A stretch of DNA of 64,000 bases, taken from contig JBGSZS010000011.1 of NCBI GenBank assembly GCA_041750285.1, positions 1 through 64,000 on the forward strand. Reading direction: 5' to 3'. The position numbers and the translations under genes were made by a program. Below are positions 10,203 through 18,559 of the stretch, in pieces; the stretch's first letter is position 1, and the number at the start of each line of letters is the position of its first letter. The stretch is from Candidatus Fermentibacteraceae bacterium (GTDB lineage Bacteria; Fermentibacterota; Fermentibacteria; Fermentibacterales; JCC-6). Under the pieces are notes generated by a model. It searched no databases, was not told where the DNA came from, and saw only the letters and a program-made list of their open reading frames with translations.

Positions 10203-10655
10203 ATGAGCCCCTGCGTGAATCCTGGCACTGTCGTCGGCCTCTGGACCGTCATTGAACCCGATCCTCACAGCCGTCATGGCCGGGTCCTCTGCCGATGCGC
10301 ATGCGGTACGGAACGCCGGGTCTTGGTGGACAACCTGATCCGGGGCCTCTCCCGAAGCTGCGGGTGCATGACACGGGTGGCACCCGGTATGGCACGGGGA
10401 GACCTTACCGTCACCGGCAGCCCCTGGAAGGACGTGAAGGGAAGACGGCGGGTGCGATGCAGGTGCGTCTGCGGACGGGTCTTCTTCCCGAGGATCGATG
10501 ATCTGCTGGCCGGTAAGACCCGTTCCTGCGGGTGCCGGCACTTCAGTCCCGAGTTCAGAAAGCTGATGCGGGCTAAGGCAGCCTGCAAAGCACCGGCATA
10601 TTGTATTCCGGAAACCCGTTCCGAAGGATTCCAGAAAAGTCAGTGCCCCGTGTAG
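10203..10655 (+). CDS. Small protein (150 aa) with two tandem CxCxCG...SCGC repeats, probable Zn-binding DNA-binding protein
   Basis: Repeats LCRCACGTERRVLVDNLIRGLSRSCGC and RCRCVCGRVFFPRIDDLLAGKTRSCGC. This module is normally found N-terminal to phage HNH/AP2 proteins, but no nuclease motif follows here. Confidence 0.75.
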   Translation: MSPCVNPGTVVGLWTVIEPDPHSRHGRVLCRCACGTERRVLVDNLIRGLSRSCGCMTRVAPGMARGDLTVTGSPWKDVKGRRRVRCRCVCGRVFFPRIDDLLAGKTRSCGCRHFSPEFRKLMRAKAACKAPAYCIPETRSEGFQKSQCPV

Positions 10656-10657
10656 TC

Positions 10658-10673
10658 CGGCCCCCCCGGGCCG
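10658..10673. terminator. GC hairpin between convergent genes
   Basis: CGGCCC-CCCC-GGGCCG directly after the 10655 stop. No clear U tract. Confidence 0.3.
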
Positions 10674-10725
10674 TACTTCACCGAGAACCTGTTCCGCGCT
10701 GGTGGCGGTGGAACTTGTGATTCCA

Positions 10726-12378
10726 TCATTCCTCCTCCGCATTGGCCACCAGGTGATGGACCGGAACACCCAGCACGATCTTCCTGGCGATGTTGGCGTA
10801 GATCAGGGCGTGAACGGCATCGTCATGGCTTTTCACGGGATGGTCATACTTGAGCCTTCCGAGCCTGTCCTCTTCCACAGTCACAACCAGGAAATCCTGG
10901 GCATACCTTGAGAAGTCCTCCCATAGCGGGAGCCGAATCTCCCGTTTGGTGACCAGGTCAGTCTTGAGGTCTGAGAACGCCATGGTCCTGTTGATGTTCA
11001 GTACACGGACGTCGTTCCGAAACTTCTCTCTCACGATCTTGCCGGCGCCCCACTCAATCTGGACAACGCAGTTTCTCCCGATCATTTCTGCGATCTGAAC
11101 GTTCCGGTTCCCCGCCGCCCCAACATCCCCTGCGAAGAGGTTGACCTGAAACTCCTTCAGCCTGGTTCCTATGTACCCGACCTGCTCATCCCAACTCAGG
11201 TTCTTCGGGATCCTTTCAGCAAACACCGGCATCAGGTGGTTCCGGAGATCAACGATGCAGATGAAGATGACCGTCTCAGCCCCTCCCTCAAGGTTCAGGC
11301 TCCAGTCACAGCCGGCCACTACAAACTGGTTCTGAAGAAGCCGCTGGACCTCCGGGGGCATCTCGGCAGGGCTTTCATAGAGCTTCATGGGGAACCGATC
11401 TTCGGGCCTGGGCTCGCAGGCCTCCCGGAGTTCCGGTTCAGTGAGCCAGCGGTCAGCGGTATCCCAGGAGAGACCGAAGATCTCGTTCATCTTCTGACCC
11501 TCGGGGATGAGCGGGTTTTCCAGTTCGGCGCTGAGTTCAGTGAAATCGGTGAAGGGGGAAAGGGGCTCCGGTACGCGGAACCCTTCATACTCCATCCCCT
11601 CGAACATCCTGACCCATTCCCCACGGCGGACATCTATGGGGCTGCCGCACCGGGCGCAGACCAAGCCGGAAGATGTCACGTTCCGGGGACCGATCCGGTT
11701 CCAGTGACGGGTCTGGGCGGTGGTCGCCCCCGTGCTCTTGATCTCAGTACAGGCATCGCAGGGGATCATCCACTCGTTCTGGGTCGACTGCTCGAAGTAC
11801 CCCTGGATAATGTTCTGGAAGCTCTTGGGCGTGCCGTACAACGCTATGAGCTTGTGAGGGCTGGTGAACATGGACTTAACCGCGACGTAGATATTGTCGT
11901 TGATCATGTCCTGGATCTCGTCGAGCTTCAGGCTGTCAGTGCTGGGTGACCTGAGGTTCTGCTCCAATTTAGCATTTCTAACCATGATCATCGAGCCGTT
12001 GCTGAATCGTTTATCGGTCACATTGTCTTTTACGGTCTTGCCGCTGAGAAAATGCCGGCGGATGAGCGGGCTATTCGTCACCATCGGGTCGAGTTTTTGG
12101 TTGGTGAAGTTTTTCAACTTGTTGTTGTCGACGGTGCCGTAGAGTACGCAGAAATCGTCTTCCATGGAGATCTCGGCGCAGGCTTCCCCGGCGCACATTG
12201 CTGACTTCCCGACCTGCCTCCCTGCAAGGATGATCTTCTTCCTGCACGGGCAATCAATGACGCCTCGAAGGTATTCCATCGACGGAGGGCCGGTGAGGCT
12301 GTAACGGGTTCGATGCCCCAGGAACAGGGTTTTCTCCATGTAGACGGACTTAGACAGTATCAGTGTCTGCCGGGGCAT
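10726..12378 (-). CDS. Phage terminase large subunit, GpA-like (550 aa)
   Basis: Walker A GRQVGKS, Walker B LKLDEIQD, coupling motif GTPK, STQNEW followed by a CxxC...CxxC zinc ribbon, nuclease AGCDW and C-terminal HDDAVHA. Start ATG 12378 with RBS AAGGGGA. Confidence 0.85.
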   Translation of the reverse strand: MPRQTLILSKSVYMEKTLFLGHRTRYSLTGPPSMEYLRGVIDCPCRKKIILAGRQVGKSAMCAGEACAEISMEDDFCVLYGTVDNNKLKNFTNQKLDPMVTNSPLIRRHFLSGKTVKDNVTDKRFSNGSMIMVRNAKLEQNLRSPSTDSLKLDEIQDMINDNIYVAVKSMFTSPHKLIALYGTPKSFQNIIQGYFEQSTQNEWMIPCDACTEIKSTGATTAQTRHWNRIGPRNVTSSGLVCARCGSPIDVRRGEWVRMFEGMEYEGFRVPEPLSPFTDFTELSAELENPLIPEGQKMNEIFGLSWDTADRWLTEPELREACEPRPEDRFPMKLYESPAEMPPEVQRLLQNQFVVAGCDWSLNLEGGAETVIFICIVDLRNHLMPVFAERIPKNLSWDEQVGYIGTRLKEFQVNLFAGDVGAAGNRNVQIAEMIGRNCVVQIEWGAGKIVREKFRNDVRVLNINRTMAFSDLKTDLVTKREIRLPLWEDFSRYAQDFLVVTVEEDRLGRLKYDHPVKSHDDAVHALIYANIARKIVLGVPVHHLVANAEEE

Positions 12379-13393
12379 TGCGGGCTCCCCCTTTCCTGTC
12401 CCCGCGGGTGTCCCGTGGGTCGGACACCGTTCCCTGCAGGGCAGCGACGGTCTTCGGGGCCTTGTGGCCCAGCTGGTCGGGAGTGACACCGAGTTGCTCG
12501 GCAATGGCGGGGGACCCCACCACCTTGAGGTCTGCAACGACCTGACGGTAATCCTCGTCCATGGTGCTATCACCGGAGGTCTTGTTCATGGCTCCCATCC
12601 GGGCGTAGGCACCGACAAGCTTGACGGCGTTCTTGGAGTCGCCCATTCGGATAGTCTCCATGGCCAGGCATCCCAGGTTCAGCTGGAGGTCGCGGTCCAT
12701 CTCATCCAGGGAGGCTTCCAGAGGGAGGGCGCACTTGAAGCGGAGCTGCTGAGCGCTCTCCATGGTCACCATCTGCCTGAGGTAAGAGGCATGAGGGTTG
12801 GCCTTCCAGCGAATTCCGTCCTCGTCCTCGCGCTCGAGTTCGTAAGGGTTGCTCACGTAAATGTATTCCAACCAGTCCTCGTAGCTCATGGGCTGGACAT
12901 TCCAGAAGAACCTGTTGTAGAAAACGACGTGTTCCACCAACCAGCGGGTCAGCCCGAGCTTTCTGAGGGTGGCGGCTATCTCCTCTGGAGCCGTCTGAAG
13001 CCGTAAAAGCACACTCACAACTTGGCGGAGCCGGAAGTTCTGCATCTCTTCAATGACATCTTGGGTGAAGGCAGATGCCGCCGAGGCTGAGGGGTTCTCA
13101 TCCTCAACAATCCACGTGAAGAGGGGGTCTATCCCGAGGACCTCCAGCTGGGCAGGGGAGAAGTCGCGGAATGGAGAAATGCTGCGTGCTTCCCGCCTGA
13201 AGCCGTCGTAGAGGCCTTCCAATCGGTTCCGAATAAGTTGATGAAACGGTACATCTGCCCGTGGGGTTTCCAGGGCAAGAAAACTGAGCTGCGTCATGCA
13301 GTAGGCGAAGGGCTTCCCGGCAAACGCGTAAGCCTTCATCGCAAGGAGATAAGGTGGTCGCGGGAGGCGCTTTGACCGGGCGGTGTGCTTCAT
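12350..13393 (-). CDS. Hypothetical protein (347 aa) coupled to the terminase gene, candidate small terminase/packaging partner
   Basis: ATG 13393 overlaps the upstream stop (ATGA) and the 3' end overlaps terL. Contains HTH-like PEEIAATLRK and an aromatic motif FYNRFFWN. Function is inferred from position only. Confidence 0.55.
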   Translation of the reverse strand: MKHTARSKRLPRPPYLLAMKAYAFAGKPFAYCMTQLSFLALETPRADVPFHQLIRNRLEGLYDGFRREARSISPFRDFSPAQLEVLGIDPLFTWIVEDENPSASAASAFTQDVIEEMQNFRLRQVVSVLLRLQTAPEEIAATLRKLGLTRWLVEHVVFYNRFFWNVQPMSYEDWLEYIYVSNPYELEREDEDGIRWKANPHASYLRQMVTMESAQQLRFKCALPLEASLDEMDRDLQLNLGCLAMETIRMGDSKNAVKLVGAYARMGAMNKTSGDSTMDEDYRQVVADLKVVGSPAIAEQLGVTPDQLGHKAPKTVAALQGTVSDPRDTRGDRKGGARNAPADTDTV

Positions 13394-13656
13394 GCGCCTC
13401 TGGGCCCCTTGATGTCTTCCTTTGTGGGGTGTGGCCTTCCCGGTCCCTGCTCTGGAACAGAGAAGCCTGGAATGCTGACGGTGATAACGCAGCTGTAGGG
13501 ATGACGCCGGATCCATTCAGGGCAGGGTCGATTTCTAATCGGTGCTACACTTGGCTCACTGGAAATCATCTGAAACAGCATCTCAACAAGCGCGTCAGCG
13601 GCTTTCGCGGGGACCCTGATGCTACCTAACCTATTCCTTGCGGCGCGATTCTTCAT
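13390..13656 (-). CDS. Hypothetical protein (88 aa)
   Basis: Tightly packed between neighbours (2-nt gap upstream, ATGA overlap downstream). No recognisable motif. Confidence 0.45.
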   Translation of the reverse strand: MKNRAARNRLGSIRVPAKAADALVEMLFQMISSEPSVAPIRNRPCPEWIRRHPYSCVITVSIPGFSVPEQGPGRPHPTKEDIKGPRGA

Positions 13657-13658
13657 TG

Positions 13659-13862
13659 TCAGCTACTTCGTAACTCATTGTAGTCTAAATGAATACTGTC
13701 TCTTATCATATTGTATAAAAACATTTCACCTGCTCTGTGAGTAGGATTGGTTTCTGTGAAATCCGCCGAGGCAACCGAAGGCATCTTCTCGTGTGAGTTG
13801 TATGTTGTTGGTATATTGGTCATTATGCTCCCATTTACATTCTCGGTGAACTCTTGCTTCAT
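13659..13862 (-). CDS. Hypothetical protein (67 aa), first gene of the terminase operon
   Basis: ATG 13862 preceded by GAGGTG. AT-rich, no motif. Confidence 0.4.
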   Translation of the reverse strand: MKQEFTENVNGSIMTNIPTTYNSHEKMPSVASADFTETNPTHRAGEMFLYNMIRDSIHLDYNELRSS

Positions 13863-14030
13863 GCCTGACACCTCTCTGATTTTAAGTATACGCGGTTTAC
13901 CCCATCCTCCCAAATTTCGCTTTCATGCGGACTGAAGCCTGTTTTCATGCTGATGAACGACCTGGTACTAGAATGGGGCTTCCATCCTGGGGGTTGATCT
14001 TGTATTCATTGGCAAGACGTCGGGAGGCCC

Positions 14031-15737
14031 ATGGCTGAGGTTCGGAATTGTGCCATCATCGTCAGAATCAGCGAAGGTCGCCTGGTTCGCAGTGAGTTGT
14101 CCACGCTGGACATTCAGGAAAACGAGATCCGTAAGTTCATCGAGTCCCGAAACTTCAACGATCAGGGAGTCGAGTACATCCCTTTCAAGGTCTATAAACT
14201 GAAAGGCGTCTCCGGTAGTAAGTCCTTCGACTCTAAGCAGTTCGACGATCTTGAGATGGATATCGCCCTGAAAAGGGTTCAGGTTGTGATCTGTACCGCC
14301 CTGGACAGGCTGGGCAGAGACGTGCAGGGGTTCCTGGCCTTTTACGAGATGTTGAAAAAACACAACGTGCAGTTGATCTGTACGAGGATGAGCATCGACA
14401 CCGAGACCTCGATGGGGCAGGCCATGCTGGTCATCCTCATGGCGTTGGCGAAGCTCGAACTCGACATCAAGACCGAGCGCAACCGCGAGAGTGCCAAGGC
14501 CAGGGCGGAGGAGGGGTTGTACAACGGACACAAGCCCATTCTCGGGTACGACCTGAACCCGGATCCGAACATCGCTGGTCATCTGGTTGTGAACGTAGAA
14601 GAAGCTGTTCTTGTTAGACGAGCCTTCAAGGAATACCTCAGGCTGGGATCAGATAAGCTTGTAGCAGATCTACTTACCCGAGAAGGGTATTGTAACAAGA
14701 CATGGGTGAACAGACATACAAACAAAACCGTTGTTGGAGGATCGATTACTCCTGCGGTAGTCAAGACCATGCTGACCAGCATTACATACATCGCAATGAG
14801 GAGAATACCGGAGATCGATCCTGAGACTGGGGAGAAGAGGCTTGTTCCCGGTGTCTGGGAGCCCATCGTTGATGTTGACCTTTTCAACAGGGTTCAAGAG
14901 GCACGAAGAAAAGCCAGGGGCTCCGGGGGAAGTACGGTCAAGAGAGCGGGGAGTAGGCACTTCTACCTGTTGTCGAGAGTTCTGTCCTGTGGATTCTGCG
15001 GGCAGGAAATGGAGGCCACCAGAAGCGGCACGGGTGTTCAGAAGCCCTGGGCTGGCAAGGCTCCGTCAAAGAAGCCCAAGAAAGTCTACTACTACTATAG
15101 ATGCAACAACGAGAGATGCCCCGTTCATGTGGAGGATGCAAAGCACTGGTATAGCGTTGATGCCGAGCGGATGGATGCCAGTGCATACGATGCCTTGGGG
15201 CAGATCGTCAGTTCGGAAGAGAACCTGAGGGATTTCACGAGAAGATTGAACGAAAGGATAACGGAAGAGCTTCCAGAACTCGCAGGCGAACTCAACAGCC
15301 TTACGGTTCAGAAGCAGAAGTATGAGAGCGCGAGGATTGATCTTGCCAGATCTATCGGGAACATGGATCCTGGATCCGAAGTGTTAACCACTACGCAGGA
15401 TGACATCCGCAAGATTCTTGATCAGGTCAGGCAGATAGACAAGCGTCGGTCGGTTCTCGCCGCTCAAGTGAAGCAGTTGCGATCCAGACAACTCACCGAA
15501 GAGAATGTGAAGAGCTATCTTCAAAACATAAAGAAAGTTATGCAGCATGGTACCGAACAGCAGAGGCGGGATTTCGTAAGAATGATCTTCAATGAAATCC
15601 AGGTGGACAAGGGGGAGATACGGTTCCATCTGAGTACCGAACCGCTGTGCTTCACCCAGGATTTGTTAACCAGTAAGTGGAGATTTCGAGTGGGTAGCGA
15701 ATTGGCGCCTCGTGAAGGACTTGAACCTCCGACCTAG
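14031..15737 (+). CDS. Large serine recombinase/integrase (568 aa)
   Basis: Catalytic VRIS, SG, ALDRLGRD, LGY recombinase domain, zinc ribbon CGFCG...YYRC and coiled coil. RBS GGGAGG. The last codons overlap tRNA-Asn antisense. Confidence 0.93.
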   Translation: MAEVRNCAIIVRISEGRLVRSELSTLDIQENEIRKFIESRNFNDQGVEYIPFKVYKLKGVSGSKSFDSKQFDDLEMDIALKRVQVVICTALDRLGRDVQGFLAFYEMLKKHNVQLICTRMSIDTETSMGQAMLVILMALAKLELDIKTERNRESAKARAEEGLYNGHKPILGYDLNPDPNIAGHLVVNVEEAVLVRRAFKEYLRLGSDKLVADLLTREGYCNKTWVNRHTNKTVVGGSITPAVVKTMLTSITYIAMRRIPEIDPETGEKRLVPGVWEPIVDVDLFNRVQEARRKARGSGGSTVKRAGSRHFYLLSRVLSCGFCGQEMEATRSGTGVQKPWAGKAPSKKPKKVYYYYRCNNERCPVHVEDAKHWYSVDAERMDASAYDALGQIVSSEENLRDFTRRLNERITEELPELAGELNSLTVQKQKYESARIDLARSIGNMDPGSEVLTTTQDDIRKILDQVRQIDKRRSVLAAQVKQLRSRQLTEENVKSYLQNIKKVMQHGTEQQRRDFVRMIFNEIQVDKGEIRFHLSTEPLCFTQDLLTSKWRFRVGSELAPREGLEPPT

Positions 15738-15778
15738 TGGTTAACAGCCACCCGCTCTACCGACTGAGCTAACGAGGC
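15703..15778 (-). tRNA. tRNA-Asn (GTT)
   Basis: Cloverleaf GCCTCGT TA GCTC AGTCGGTA GAGC G GGTGG CT GTT AA CCACT AGGTC GGAGG TTCAAGT CCTTC ACGAGGC G CCA. Confidence 0.97.
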
Positions 15779-15792
15779 GCCGAAGCGTCGGT

Positions 15793-15820
15793 AATATCGT
15801 AACGATACGGTTTGTGTCAA
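15793..15820 (-). promoter_or_regulatory. Sigma70-like promoter of tRNA-Asn
   Basis: TTGACA-N16-GATATT on the minus strand just upstream of the tRNA. Confidence 0.55.
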
Positions 15821-15824
15821 TGGA

Positions 15825-15848
15825 AAGGGCCCCCGGGAGGGGGCCCTT
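15825..15848 (-). terminator. Intrinsic terminator hairpin
   Basis: AAGGGCCCCC-TCCC-GGGGGCCCTT(T) 10 nt after the stop at 15859. Confidence 0.7.
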
Positions 15849-15858
15849 GTTGTTGCTT

Positions 15859-16854
15859 CTAGAGCTTGATGAGGTTCAGGGTCTGAACGGTTCCGGCTTC
15901 GGAGCGAACCATGGCAAGGTAGGTGCCCGAAGGGGCGGCAGTGCCGTTCATGGTGCCGTCCCAGATCCAGTGGCCTGTTGTGGTCCCGGTGGCGACCATT
16001 CGTCCGTAGATGTCAAAGAGCTCGACGGTTGCGCTGGGTGTGCCCTCGATGAAGAGGGTTACTGCGCCAACGAAGGGGTTGGAGCCAGCGCGGATGGTGA
16101 AGCCCTGTGTCTCCGCGGAGGATTCGTCACCCACACCTGTTGACAGGTCGATCTTGTAGATCTTGTCGTTGGTGGGGTCGGCAACCCAGAGGTAGCCTTC
16201 GGGGTCCATCGTCACACCGGTGGCGTAGGGAACGAGGGCTGGCTCTATGAAATCGATGACCTGGTTGCTGGCGTTGTAGAGCCTGAGGGTGTTGGTCGCG
16301 TGGTTGGCGGCGACCCAGATGTTGTTGTCGGCGTTGATTGCGATGTCTTTGGTTTGGGAATAGGAGGTATAGAACCTGTGAGTGATGCGTCCTGTCACCT
16401 CGGGCATGGTGTAACGGTAGCAGGAGTTCTGGTTAACGGAGGAGAGGTAGATGTATTCATCTTTGGCTTCAAGTCCCGTCACCGACGAGACAGGGTTGCC
16501 TCAACCACCGCACATGCTGGTTTTTGAAAGGAACGTGCCGCCCGGGGTGTACTGGTAGACATAACCGTTGGTTCCCTGCCACCCCCCCGGGACAACCCTG
16601 CTGAGGCTTTGGCTGAAGGCGAGGCCAGTGGGGACCATCGTTTCCGTGTAGTTGAAGTAGAAGGTGCTGATAATGGCGCCGGTGGCGGGGTTGACCTGGT
16701 GGATGAACCGGGTGGTGGCGTCGAGGGCCCAGAGGTTGCCGTTGCCCCAGGCGAGACCGCTTATGTTGGTGTCAGGCGCGTCGAGCGTGAGAACGATTGA
16801 CTTGGCCGAAACCAATGCTGTCAATAGCATTACGAGAATCAGGGCGCGTTTCAT
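15859..16854 (-). CDS. Secreted beta-propeller (NHL/YncE-like) protein with T9SS-type C-terminal domain and one in-frame TGA (16501-16503) in CGG-U context, candidate selenoprotein (331 aa)
   Basis: ORFs 16501..16854 and 15859..16482 are in the same frame and separated only by TGA. The first half has the signal peptide and the second half has the NPF...FDIYGRMV...WDG...SGTYL sorting domain. Confidence 0.65.
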
Positions 16855-16904
16855 GATACCTCCTGTGAAAGCGAAAGGACACCACGCTTGAATCGCATGT
16901 AAAA

Positions 16905-17615
16905 CTACTGTTCGTCGATTCCGATGTCAACGGTATACATAACGGGCCAGTTCTTGCCTGTAATGAGGAACTGGTCGGTCTCCGGGAGATAGGCGATACC
17001 GTTCATGGGTCCGGCGCCCGGAGGGGTGATGGAGGACAGATCTGTCACGGAGAGGACCTGGCCGGTTCCGGGGTCGATGGTGAGTATCCTGCTTGAAAGC
17101 CATTGGTTGGCCCAGATGCATCCCCTTGCGTATTCCAGCTCGTTGAGGTTCGACTGGGGTGTTCCCGCAAGTTCAACCGTTATCGTGTCGTTGATTTCCA
17201 TGGTTTTCGGGTCATGAAAATGGAGGGTGGATGTTCCATCGCTTCTGATAACATTTGTGCCGTCGTAGCAGAGTCCCCAGCCTTCGCCCTGAAGAGGGAG
17301 GGTTTCAGTGATCTGGAGAGTTGCCGGGTTGACCACGAGGACAAGGTTCTCCCTCCAGGTGAGCACCAGCATCCTGGATGGGGAGATCAGGGTGAGGCCC
17401 TCGGCGAAGAGGCTGTCGGGAAGCCTTGTCATTGCTGTGACCTCACCCGTTGCCGGATCCACCGTGCGGATGCTTGACTGACCGTACCGGCCTGTGCTCT
17501 CGTACAGGACCGCCCCCCTGAGCTCGAGACCCTGGGTGTAGGCCCCGGGGTCATGCCCTGTGATGGCCCCGAGGCTCCAGATGCCGGAAAGAAGAAATGT
17601 CAGCAGGCTCGGCAC
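16905..17615 (-). CDS. Glutaminyl-peptide cyclotransferase (glutaminyl cyclase, beta-propeller type)
   Basis: HDPGAYTQGL, ESTGRYG, FAEGLT, EGWGL, NELE and NGIAY motifs. GTG start overlaps the upstream stop. Confidence 0.9.
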   Translation of the reverse strand: MPSLLTFLLSGIWSLGAITGHDPGAYTQGLELRGAVLYESTGRYGQSSIRTVDPATGEVTAMTRLPDSLFAEGLTLISPSRMLVLTWRENLVLVVNPATLQITETLPLQGEGWGLCYDGTNVIRSDGTSTLHFHDPKTMEINDTITVELAGTPQSNLNELEYARGCIWANQWLSSRILTIDPGTGQVLSVTDLSSITPPGAGPMNGIAYLPETDQFLITGKNWPVMYTVDIGIDEQ

Positions 17616-18559
17616 TACCGGCGGCCGCCTCCCTGTGATCCCTGGCCTGAGCTGCCACGGGCTGGCGGGGGTGTGGTCTGCTCGGGTGACTCCTGCGCGT
17701 TCGTGAAGTCGTCCGTGAACCTTTGAGCCCGCAGGGCTATCTCCTCCGCCGATGGTTCGGGAAGATTGCCCGCCTGTATGGTCTGCCTTACCCATGCCGC
17801 CCTGTCGGAAGGGGCGGGATGGGTCTTCCAGAAGCCCTGGGTTCCGCCGCCAAGCGCCATCCTGTCAAGAACGAGGGCGAGCGCCGTGGGGCTGTATCCG
17901 GCATCCGCAAGGATATGGACTGCAAGGCTGTCGGCCGCCCTCTCGGAATCACGGCTGTAGCCGGTCGTTACTATTGTCTCGGTGATCTCGGAGACGATCT
18001 CACCGTAATTCTCAGCCATTTCCCTGACGTCGTCGCCGCCAAGGTGTCTTGCACCTTCCGTGCCAAGGGTGGTCCAGGCTGCTGTCATCTTTGCCCTGCT
18101 GACTGCGCCCACACCGTGAGCGAGGACTACATGGGCTATCTCGTGGGCCAGGATGGCGGCCATCTGGTCCTCGTTCACGGCGAGGTCTGCAAGCCCTTCG
18201 GTTATGAAGATTAGGCCGCCGGGGCATGCCATGGCGTTGACCTCGGGCGAGTCGAGGAGGAGGAAATGATACCCGCCGTAAGTGAAGGGTCTGGGTGAGT
18301 AACCCGCCAGGGCGGTTCCGAGGAGGTTTAGGTAACCCGTCCTGCCTGCGTGCCAGTCCGGCGTGTAGTTGGTCAGCATGTAGGCCGCCACTGAACGGCC
18401 CAGATAGTACTCCTCCGTGTCGGTGAGCTCACGGTTGGCGTCCTGGAATGCCTCTACGACTGTGATGGCGCTTTCGACCTCGTCGCTCTCGATTATGTCT
18501 GTGATGCCCGAAGGAATGTCGATCCCCCAGGCCAGCAGCGCTATGAGAAGGATTGTCAT
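17615..18559 (-). CDS. M48-family zinc metallopeptidase
   Basis: NAMACPGG, HEIAH, YSRDSERAAD and THP motifs, N-terminal signal. Confidence 0.9.
   Translation of the reverse strand: MTILLIALLAWGIDIPSGITDIIESDEVESAITVVEAFQDANRELTDTEEYYLGRSVAAYMLTNYTPDWHAGRTGYLNLLGTALAGYSPRPFTYGGYHFLLLDSPEVNAMACPGGLIFITEGLADLAVNEDQMAAILAHEIAHVVLAHGVGAVSRAKMTAAWTTLGTEGARHLGGDDVREMAENYGEIVSEITETIVTTGYSRDSERAADSLAVHILADAGYSPTALALVLDRMALGGGTQGFWKTHPAPSDRAAWVRQTIQAGNLPEPSAEEIALRAQRFTDDFTNAQESPEQTTPPPARGSSGQGSQGGGRR

Larger units (their letters stand above)
1..15737. mobile_element. Integrated element at tRNA-Asn (satellite-like or defective prophage), left end outside the window
   Basis: Integrase abutting the tRNA 3' end, plus terminase, helicase-like gene, RM cargo and IS copies. 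Host genes begin right after the tRNA. Confidence 0.75.

Noticed and set aside
9483..10769. ORFs 9483..10028 (+) and 10017..10769 (-)
   Set aside because: They overlap better-supported genes on the opposite strand and have no motifs.
1..14030. Second att site (duplicated tRNA-Asn 3' end)
   Set aside because: No copy of TGGCGCCTCGTGAAGG was seen by eye. It is presumably outside the window or deleted.
8032..15737. Complete prophage
   Set aside because: No capsid, portal, tail or lysis gene is recognisable in the window. It cannot be excluded beyond the left edge.
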